Shown here one piece after another: positions 13,081-23,149 of a DNA stretch of 64,000 nucleotides (its first letter is position 1; the number at the start of each line of letters is the position of its first letter). The position numbers and the translations under genes are program-made. The stretch is from Paraspadella gotoi (taxonomy: Eukaryota; Animalia; Chaetognatha). Under the pieces are notes generated by a model. It was not told where the DNA came from. It made no database searches and was given only the letters and a program-made list of their open reading frames with translations. Where the stretch lies: assembly GCA_051294375.1 (NCBI GenBank), contig JBJCIZ010001661.1, positions 4,812-68,811 on the forward strand. The letters are read 5' to 3'.

Positions 13081-16000
13081 TTTCAATTCAATCTTTTATA
13101 AAGTTAAAAAAATCCTTCAAAAAAAAAGACATACAAAAGTTAAAACTGCATTATTACAAATAATTTTTGGATGGTAATGTTATTCCTGTGCAAATTGTTA
13201 AAAGGTTTAGAAAATCTTAATTGCATTAGTTTTATTTCTGTATATATCTGTACAAATTGATTTTCTTATTTTGCACAGGATTGCGCAGAAATATAAACAA
13301 ATTGTTTGCACAGGATTGGACAGCATTACACAAATAGATAATTTTACTCTTTTAATTGCAGAGAATTGGACAGGAATAAAAATTAATTTTTTGTTCAGAT
13401 CAATTCATTTTTAATCTGTTTAAATCTGTGGAAATATAATATGTATTTTTATGTTTATTTCATTCAATCTTCAACACAAAAAAAAAATTAAAATTGCGCT
13501 TTTTTTATTCCTGTGCAAATCTGTGCAAATTGATTTTTAATTTTTGCACAGAAAGATAAACAATTGTTATTCCTGTGCAATTCTGTGCAAATAAAAGAGT
13601 AAAAATATGTATTTATGTAATGCTGTGCAATCCTGTGCAAACAATTTGTTGATATTTCTGTGCAATCCTGTGCAATCCTGTGCAAACAATTTGTTTATAG
13701 TTCTGTGCAATCCTGTGCAAAATAAAAAAATCAATTTCTTCAGATTTGTACAGAAATATAACTAACGCAATTAAGATTTTCTAAACCTTTTAACAATTTG
13801 CACAGGAATAATATTACCATCCAAAATTTTTTGTAATAATGCAGTTTTAACTTTTGTATGTCTTTTTTATGAAGGATTTTTTTAACTTTATAAAAGATTG
13901 AATGGGATATATGTAAAAGATATATATTACATAAGTGCAGGTTTGAAAAGGAGTAAGAATGAAAATAGTTTTTGCACAACTTTAAAATTGAAGTTTTTTT
14001 GAGTTGAAGATTGAAAAAAAATTTGATAAAAAATTTAAAATTGCGCTATTTTTATTCCTGTGCAAATCTGTTCAAATTTATTTTTAATTTTTGCACAGGA
14101 TTGTACAGAAAGATAAACAATTGTTATTCCTGTGCAATTCTGTGCAAATAAAAGAGTAAAAATATCTATTTGTATAATGCTGTACAATCCTGTGCAAACA
14201 ATTTGTTTATATTTCTGCGCAATCCTGTGCAAAATAAGAAAACCTCTATGTTTCGAGTCTTCATTAGCTTATAAACTTAATAAACTTAATAAATTTTTGT
14301 TCAAAAATTTAACAATTTGAACAAGAATAATATTACCATCCAGAAATTATTTGTAATAATGCAGTTTTAACTTTTGTATGTCTTTTTATGAAGAATTTTT
14401 TTAACTTCATAAAAGATTGTATGGGATATATGTAAAAGATATATATTACATAAGTGCAGGTTTGAAAAGGAGTAAGAATGAAAATAGTTTTTGCAAAACT
14501 TTAAAATTGAAGTTTTTTTGAGTTGAAGATTGAAAAAAAATTGAAAAAAAATTTAAAATTGCGCTATTTTTATTCCTGTGCAAATCTGTGCAAATTGATT
14601 TTTAATTTTTGCACAGGATTGTACAGAAAGATAAACAATTGTTATTCCTGTGCAATTCTGTGCAAATAAAAGAGTAAAAATATCTATTTGTGTAATGCTG
14701 TGCAATCCTGTACAAACAATTTGTTTATATTTCTGTGCAATCCTGTGCAAAATAAGAAAACCTCTATGTTTCGAGTCTTCATTAGCTTATAAACTTAATA
14801 AACTTAATAAATTGTTATTCAAAAACGAATTTTCATTACACTCCTTAAATATAATGCAGTTATAACTTTTGTAGGTCTTTTCAATTAATGATACTGTTAT
14901 GCAAATATTTTTTGAAAAAATGCTTATTTATTTTTTATTACATATACAAAGGCAGAAAAAAAACATTGTTCCATCGCTCAATCTTTTCATCACTCCAACC
15001 TACTGTGCAATCATGTGAAAACCATTGGTTTGTCTTTTTTTTCAATCCTGTGCAAAATAAGAAAATCAATTTGCACAGATTTGTACAGGAATACATAAAA
15101 ATAACGCAATTAAAATTTTTTTAAACTTTTACCAATTTGCACAGGAATAACATTACCATCCAAAACATATTTTTTTATAATGCAGTTAAAAGTTTTGTAG
15201 GTCTTTTTTTATGAAGGATTTTCGAACTCTATAAAAGATTGAATGGGATATATGTAAAAGAAATATATTATATTAGTGCAGGTTTGAAAAGGAGTAAGAA
15301 TAAAAATAATTTTTGCAAAACTTTAAAGTTTTATGACACAATCCTATTTCTGTGCAAATCTGTGCAAATAAAAGAGTAAAAAGCATAATTTGTTATAATT
15401 CTGTGCAATCCTGTGCAAAAAAAATTGTTTGTCTTTTATCTATTTGTGTAATGCAGTGCAATCCTGTGCAAACAATTTGTTTATATTTCTGTGCAATCCT
15501 GTGCATAATTTTACTCTTTTATTTGCACAGAATTGCACAGGAATAAGATGGTGCTATAAAAATTAATTTATTGTACAGATCAATTCTTTTTTAATCATTT
15601 TAAATATTTGAAAATATAATATTTATTTTTTATATTTATTTTATTCAATCTTCAACTCAAAAAAAAAATTTAAATTGCGCTATTTTTATTCCTGTGCAAA
15701 TCTGTGAAAATTGATTTTTAATTTTTGCAAAGGATTGTACAGAAAAAAACAATTTTTTTTGCACAGGATTGCACAGAATTACAACAAATTATGCTTTTTA
15801 CTCTTTTATTTGCACAGATTTGCACAGAATCAGGATTGTGTCATAAAACTTTAAAGTTTTGCAAAAAATATTTTTATTCTTACTCCTTTTCAAACCTGCA
15901 CTAATATAATATATATCTTTTACATATATCCCATTCAATCTTTTATAAAGTTAAAAAAATCCTTCATAAAAAAAGACATACAAAAGTTAAAACTGCATTA

Positions 16001-18212
16001 TTACAAATAATCTTTGGATAGTAATGTTATTCCTGTGCAAATTGGTAAAAGGTTTAGAAAATCCTAATTACGTTAGTTTTATTTCTGTACAAATCTGTAC
16101 AAATTGATTTTCTTATTTTGCACAGGATTGCGCAGAAATATAAACAAATTGTTTGCACAGGATTGCACAGCATTACACAAATATATAATTTTACTCTTTT
16201 ATTTGCAGAGAATTGGACAGGAATAAAAATTGTTTATCTTTCTGTACAATCCTGTGCAAAAATTAAAAATCAATTTGCACAGATTAATCCGTTTAAATCT
16301 GTGAAAATATAATATGTATTTTTATGTTTATTTCATTCAATCTTCAACACAAAAAAAATTTAAAATTGCACTATTTTTATTCTTGTGCAAATCTGTGCAA
16401 ATTTATTTTTAATTTTTACACAGGATTGTACAGAAAGATAAACAATTTTTATTCCTGTGCAATTCTGTGCAAATAAAAGAGTAAAAATATCTATTTGTGT
16501 AATGCTGTGCAATCCTGTGCAAACAATTTGTTTATATTTCTGTGCAATCCTGTGCAAAATAAGAAAACCTCTATGTTTCGAGTCTTCATTAGCTTATAAA
16601 CTTAATAAACCTAATAAATTGTTGTTCAAAAACGAATTTTCATTACACTCCTTAAATATGATGCAGGTATAACTTTTGTAGGTCTTTTCAATTAATTATT
16701 TATTTTTTATTACATATACAAAGGCAGCAAAAAAATAACATTACCATCCAAAACATATTTTTTATAATGCAGTTATAAGTTTTGTAGGTCCTTTTTTATG
16801 AAGGATTTTTGAACTTTATAAAAGATTGAATGGGATATATGTAAAAAATATATATATATATATTATATATATTATATATATATTATATATTATATATATA
16901 TATATTATATTAGTGCAGGTTTGAAAAGGAATAAGAATAAAAATAATTTTTGCAAAACTTTTATGACACAATCTTATTTCTGTGCAAATCTGTGCAAATA
17001 AAAGAGTAAAAAGCATAATTTGTTGTAATTCTGTACAATCCTGTGCAAAAAAAATTGTTTGTCTTTCTGTACAATCCTGTGCAAAAATTAAAAATCAATT
17101 TGCACAGATTTGCACAGGAATAAAAATAGTGCAATTTTAATTTTTTTTTTTAGTTGAATAATGAATGAAATAAACATAAAAAATACATATTATATTTGTA
17201 CAGATTTAACAGGATTTAAAAAGAATTGATCTGTACAAAAAATTACTTTTTTTAGCACCATCTTATTCCTGTGCAATTCTGTGCAAATAAAAGAGTAAAA
17301 TATCTATTTGTGTAATGCTGTGCAATCCTGTGCAAACAATTTGTTTATATTTCTGTTCAATCCTGTGCAAAATAAGAAAAAGGAGAAATAGCAGTTTTTG
17401 AATGCTGTATAATCCTGTGCAAAGAACAATTTGTTTGTCTTTCTTTGCAATCCTGTGCAAAATAAAAAAATCAATTTGTACAGATTTACACAGGAATGCT
17501 GTGCATTCCTGTTGAAAAAAAAATGTTTTGTCTCTCTGAAAAAATAAATTTGTACAGATTTGCACAGGAATAAAAATAATGCAATATTAGTATTTTGTGC
17601 CATTTTTCAATTTTTATGGTACAAATCTGTGCAAATAAAAAAGTAGAAATATCGATTTGCTGTAATTCTGTACATTTGTACAGATTGTACAGATTTGCAC
17701 AGGATTAAAAATAGCATAAAAAATATTTATTTTAGTACAGTTTTAACTTTTTTAGGTCTATTTTTCACTTGCAAAGTTTGCACAGGATTAAAAATAAAAA
17801 GAATCTGTGCAAAACTTTAAATTTTTATGGCACAAATTATTTTCCTGTGCAAATCTGTGCAATAAAAAAATAGAATTAACAATTTGTTGTAATGGTTTAT
17901 TTGCACAGGTTTGCACAGGAATAGGATTGTGCCATAACAATTTAATTTTTTGATGCTCTTTTTATTCCTGTACAAATCTGTGCATAATGATTTTTTTTAT
18001 TTTTGCACAGGATTGCATAGAAAATCAAACAAATTGTTTTTTGCACAGATTTGCACTGGAATAGGATTGTGACAAAATATTTTAATTTTTTGATGCTATT
18101 TTTATTCCTGTATAATTCAGGGCATAATATTTTTATTTTTATTTTGCGCAGGATTTCATAGAAAGTCAAACAAATTGTTTTTTGCATAGGATTGCACAGC
18201 ATTATAACAAAT

Positions 18213-19000
18213 CGGACAGACAGACAGACGGATGGATGGACATCATTTTTTTGCATAACTTATCATAATTTGATGTTCTGACATAATATGAGTGAATGTC
18301 CAACAAGATTGAGGGTAGCGGTAACCGACCAAATTCAAATTTTAATTGGAACCATATTAAACGAATCCATTATTGGTATTAGTTATTGTGTTAAAATATT
18401 TTTTTGCCAAAATATTTTGCACCATGAGTAATTTGCTAATTAAAATTATTATTTTGCTATATATTGTAAAAAAATTTATGGGAATACTTTAATTTTTTTA
18501 TTGATTCTGATAGAGCTTAAAAAGTTAGGAAAAAAATATAATTACAACTTTTTAAAATTTTGATGTTTTGTCACTGAAAATGAGCAAAAACTACTAAAAT
18601 CATCGGATGATAATGATGAGGATGATTTTTAAAAATTTTTCCCAATTTTGACCCACTTATCATCAAAATATTGAAAAAAGAATTATACTTTGTGTAAACA
18701 ACTTTTTATAAGCTATCTGAATCTACTTTTAAAAATACAAAATACCCTAAAAATGTTTTGACATTTCCTATCTATAAATAAATATTAAAAAATTAAATAC
18801 TAGTGCTTCTAGCCATTTTAGAAAATTTTGGTCCATTGAAAGTTTTCTCAGAAATGTACGAAATTTCATTTGGGAAGGTTCCCAAATCAAACTTCGGACC
18901 CACCCCATTGACAAGTTTGGCTCTATTGAGGGGGCGGAAAACGGACCAACAAAGTGGACTATAGAGTCAGGATATGCCGATAAGCAGATACGACTAAAAA
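18213..19000 (-). mobile_element. Helentron-like HINE 5' head (family A) leading directly into the TGCACAG satellite; interrupted by a ~610-bp insert
   Basis: Reverse complement of the head at 27056-27290: TTTTTAGTCGTATCTGC hairpin, conserved core, then GTCY microsatellite (CGGACAGACAGACAGACGGATGG on +) abutting satellite sequence. Confidence 0.8.
18316..18925. mobile_element. Non-autonomous DNA element with TAG...CTA ends and 7-8-bp TSD (hAT-like)
   Basis: TTGAGGG duplicated at 18309-18315 and 18926-18932. Absent from HINE paralogues (27125-27135, 38663, 45419). TIR similarity is weak (TAGCGGTAACC vs TAGAGCCAAAC). Internal TTTTGACCCACTTA...CAACTTTTTATA resembles the fold-back MITE interior. 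Confidence 0.6.
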
Positions 19001-19415
19001 CAAAATTTATAAAAAAATGAATTTCTTTACTTTTATTGAGATGGAAAAAAAATTACATTTTCTCTCTCTCTCTCTCTCAGATAAAATGATTGATTGGCTG
19101 ATTGCTCCGATGTTTGAGTGATTAATTGAAATATTTTTTTATTTAATTGTTAATAAAACTGTTATGACTATTTTTAATATTATAAAAAGTTATAATAAAC
19201 CAAAACCACTATTTTTTTTATTGCAGTATGATTGATTGATTGATTGATTGATCGCACCAATACAAGACTATTTTCACAAAATTAATGATTATAGTCGCAT
19301 AAAAAATGACTATCATTGCATCAATAAATGACTTATCATCACATCAATGAATCTTATTGATCGCCTGACATGAATTATAATCCATCGATATAAATAAAAA
19401 AATTTCTTTGAGAAT

Positions 19416-19679
19416 GTTTAGAAATTTGCAAAATCTATTTGCAAGTAATCAGCTGGTTTGTCTGTCTGTCAGTCTGTCCCAGTTAGTATTTAAAAACCAA
19501 TAACTTGGGTAAAATTTTTTTTTAATTATTGTTTGTTAAAAATAGTATAATGTATAATGAGATGCTTATTCAGCTTAATGCGCACAGATTTCATACTTGT
19601 GACACAGAATAGCGCCTACTGACCAAGAGATTCTCTAAAGGATCTGTGACACCCAGTGGCGCCCACACCGTGTCACAAA
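19416..19679 (+). mobile_element. Putative second HINE-like head (family B) followed by the first 183-bp satellite unit
   Basis: Hairpin ATTTGCAAA-ATCTA-TTTGCAAGT, then GTCTGTCTGTCAGTCTGTCC, then GTGACAC satellite sequence up to the gap. The same arrangement occurs at ~39243-39440 and ~45993-46185. Confidence 0.5.
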
Positions 19680-19779
19680 NNNNNNNNNNNNNNNNNNNNN
19701 NNNNNNNNNNNNNNNNNNNNNNNNNNNNNNNNNNNNNNNNNNNNNNNNNNNNNNNNNNNNNNNNNNNNNNNNNNNNNNN
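19680..19779. other. Assembly gap (100 N)
   Basis: Run of N, probably a collapsed 183-bp array. Confidence 0.99.
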
Positions 19780-19954
19780 AACTTATTACAGGTGCAAATG
19801 ATAACATGATTTGCTCACAGTGAAACAGATTAGAAATCTCAATAAAATATATAGAATAAAGAATAAAGAATAATTCTTACGGACATAGCTACCTTCCAGT
19901 ATTAGGCTGAGGATCCTAAGATATCCTAAGATATTTAGATTGCGACAATAAAAG

Positions 19955-20030
19955 ACAGAGGCAGGATTCGAACTCACAATTTTTTTTTTCAGTACTATAA
20001 AGATAACACCCCGGCTGTTCTGCCAATTAA
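19955..20030 (-). repeat. tRNA-derived SINE-like head (Pol III A/B-box-like motifs)
   Basis: The minus strand reads TGGCAGAACAGCCGG...GTGAGTTCGAATCCTGCC. No full cloverleaf is visible. Confidence 0.35.
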
Positions 20031-20833
20031 TCATTTTTAAAATTATTTATGAACAAACTTTATAATTCTATTCTCACGTAAAGAAAAAAAATCTTAATGT
20101 TAATAGTTAATGCTAATTCTTGTCACATTATTTTCCCAAACATTTTAGTTGTGAGAAAAAGAAAGAGATACGTGTATATAGTAGCAAGAAGTATAACATA
20201 TATTTATAATTCTTGAAAAAACAACTGGCCAGAAAGAATGAGTTTAACTGCAATTGCTAATGAGAGCTAGCATTTATAGATTTTAAAACAGACTGTATAT
20301 CTAAAAAAATTCTGCACCAGTATGGATAAGACTACTATCCTTATCTTCTGTGCCCCATTGTTCCCTCTTGAAAGCATCCTTAAGGGTGATTCACAGTCCA
20401 AATAGGTCCATTTGCTGCATCAAAGGGAATCGTTCCTGGTACCTAATTATTATGAGCTGATGGCTTTAATCATAAACCTAACAGGTTAATACTGGTAGAA
20501 TCCCAATTGCGAAAAGTTATATTCAGTGGCCAAAAAAACTTTTAAATGAATTTAAAATCTTTAAGAAATATGTAGATATTTAAAACTGCATTAAAATAAA
20601 TAATTTTTTATCGAGTTGCTGTGTAAATCTGTACAACATTTCAAAAATTGTAAATTCACTACTTTTATTCAAATCCCTTGGAAATAAAATTAATATAATT
20701 TTTATTTAAAATAATCAATCCAGAGCCTTAGAATCTAATAACATTTATAAATAATGTCTCAACATCGAGTCTCGCACCCGAGACTCAGTGGTCATGATAT
20801 ATCGCCTTTATCGATATCGCCACCGAGAATTTA

Positions 20834-22690
20834 TTAAGAATTAGAATCTAGAAGTCAGCCAATATTTAATCATAAAAAAGGCGATCTATAATTTTCTTCT
20901 CGTCACTCTCTCTTTATTTTTATTTTTATTTTTTTCTTTTCTATTCTTTCTTTCCTTTCTATTCTTTCTTTCCTTTCTAATCTTTCTTTCCTTTCTATTC
21001 TTTCTTTCCTTTTTATTCTTTCTTTCTTTTCTATTCTTTGTTTCCTTTCTATTCTTTCTTTCCTTTCTATTCTTTCTTTCTTTCCTTTTTATTCTTTCTT
21101 TCCTTTATATTTTTTCTTTCCTTTCTATTCTTTCTTCCCTTTCTATTCTTTTCTTTCCTTTCTAATTTTTCTTTCCTTTCTATTCTTTTCTTTTCTTTCT
21201 ATTCTTTTTTCCTTTCTATTTCCTTCTATCCTTTTTATTCCTTCTTTCCTTTTATCCTTCTTTCCTTTCTATTCTTTCTTCCTTTCTATTCCTTCTTTCC
21301 TTTCTATTTTTTCTTTCCTTTCTATTTTTTCCTTTCTATTCTTTCTTTTCTTTCTATTTTTTCTTTCCTTTCTATTGTCTTTTCTTTCTATTTTCTTTCC
21401 TTTCTATTCTTTTTTTCCTTTCTATTCTTTTTTCCTTTCTATTCTATCTTTTCCTCTATTTCTTTTTTCTTTCTATTCTATCTTTCCTTTCTATTCTTTC
21501 CTTTCTATTCTTCTTCCTTTCTATTCTTTCCTTCCTTTCTATTCTTTCCTTTCTATTCTTTCTTTCCTTTCTATTCTTTCTTTCCTTTCTATTCTTTCTT
21601 TCCTTTCTTTCTTTCCTTTCTCTATTCTTTCTTCCCTTTCTATTCTTTCTTTCCTTCTAATTTTCTTTCCTTTCTATTCTTTCTTCTTTTCTATTCTTTT
21701 TTCCTTTCTATTCCTTCTTTCCTTTTTATTAATTCTTTCCTTTTTATTCCTTCTTTCCTTTTTATTCCTTCTTTCCTTTCTATTCTTTCTTTCCTTTCTA
21801 TTCCTTCTTTCCTTTCTATTTTTCTTTCCTTTCTATTTTTTTCCTTAAGAATTAGAATCTAGAAGTCAGCCAATATTTAATCATAAAAAAGGCGATCTAT
21901 AATTTTCTTCTCGTCACTCTCTCTTTATTTTTATTTTTATTTTTTTCTTTTCTATTCTTTCTTTCCTTTCTATTCTTTCTTTCCTTTCTAATCTTTCTTT
22001 CCTTTCTATTCTTTCTTTCCCTTTATTTCTTTCTTCTTTTCTTTTTTTGTTCCTTTCTATTCTTTCTTTCCTTTCTATTCTTTCTTTCTTTCCTTTTTAT
22101 TCTTTCTTTCCTTTATATTTTTTCTTCCTTTCTATTCTTTCTTCCCTTTCTATTCTTTCTTTCCTTTCTAATTTTTCTTTCCTTTCTATTCTTTTCTTTT
22201 CTATTCTTTTTTTCTTTCTATTCCTTCTTTCCTTTTTATTAATTCTTTCCTTTTTATTCCTTCTTTCCTTTTTATTCCTTCTTTCCTTTCTATTCTTTCT
22301 TTCCTTTCTATTCCTTCTTTCCTTTCTATTTTTCTTTCCTTTCTATTTTTTTCCTTTCTTCTTCTTTCCTTTCTATTTTTTCTTTCCTTTCTATTTTGTC
22401 TTTTCTTTCTATTTTTTCTTTCCTTTCTATTCTTTTTTTCCTTTCTATTCTTTTTCCTTTCTATTCTATCTTTCCTTTCTATTCTTTTTTCCTTTCTATT
22501 CTATCTTTCCTTTCTATTCTTTCCTTTCTATTCTTTCCTTCCTTTCTTTCTTTCCTTCCTTCTATTCTTCCTTTCTATTCTTTTCTTTCCTTTCTATTTC
22601 TTTCTTTCCTTTCTATTCTTTCTTTCCTTTCTATTCTTTCTTTCCTTTCTATTCTTTTTTATATTTATTCTTTTCTTCTTTTACTTTGTT
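20834..22690 (+). repeat. Two ~1011-bp direct repeats, each a ~100-bp header plus an 18-bp polypyrimidine minisatellite (TTCTATTCTTTCTTTCCT)n
   Basis: The header TTAAGAATTAGAATCTAGAAGTCAGCC... occurs at 20834 and 21845, each followed by a pyrimidine-rich tandem tract. Confidence 0.9.
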
Positions 22691-22767
22691 TATAAATTAA
22701 TTTTTTTTTCTCAAATTTGATTTTTTTTTAGAATCAAAATTTGGTCGTCAATCCAGATTTTTCTCAT

Positions 22768-23116
22768 GCAATTGCGACGATCCTATTGCTTTTAAGATTT
22801 TTTATTTAAACTCATTTCCACTCGTACGATTCCACCGAAACTTTGTATAAAGTTTCATCACACACTTTCCTACCCACACACAAAATTTCAACTCAAAATA
22901 TCCATCCAATTATGATTAAATAGAGTATTTATTGGTTAAAATAAGTAAAAATATTTTAGTAAATGCAACTTATGTTTTTTCCATTTAAACTCATTTCCAC
23001 TCACACGATTCCATCGGAACTTTATATCCAGCTTCATCTCACACTGTCCTACCCACACACAAAATTTCATTCCAATCCAACCAGCCAATCACGAGTTATT
23101 GGAGCTTTTTGCTAAG
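22768..23116 (-). mobile_element. Fragment of HINE family A central repeats
   Basis: Reverse complement of motifs in 28470-29025 (CTTAGCAAAAAGCTCCAATAACTCGTGATTGG; GAAATTTTGTGTGTGGGTAGG; GGATCGTCGCAATTGCA). Confidence 0.85.
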
Positions 23117-23149
23117 ATTGCACATCACTATAACAATTCTATAACATTT

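Larger units (their letters stand above)
1..18212. repeat. Complex AT-rich satellite built on CTGTGCAA/TTGCACAG motifs (block 1)
   Basis: Very many copies of CTGTGCAAATCTGTGCAAA and TTTGCACAGGATTGCACAG with recurring linkers (AGACAAACAAATTG, AAAAGATACATATTATATTTG, ACTGCACTAAATACTAATATTG). Orientation flips several times, and inserts interrupt the block. Confidence 0.95.

Noticed and set aside
1-18212. Metal response element cluster (TGCRCNC)
   Set aside because: The satellite motif is TGCACAG, which fails the last core position, and no linked gene is present.
20200-20530. Possible coding remnant in unique-looking sequence
   Set aside because: No ORF of 60 aa or more in the track, stops in the frame inspected, and no recognisable motif.
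21038-22700. F/S/L-rich ORFs up to 274 aa
   Set aside because: Stop-free reading of a polypyrimidine minisatellite.
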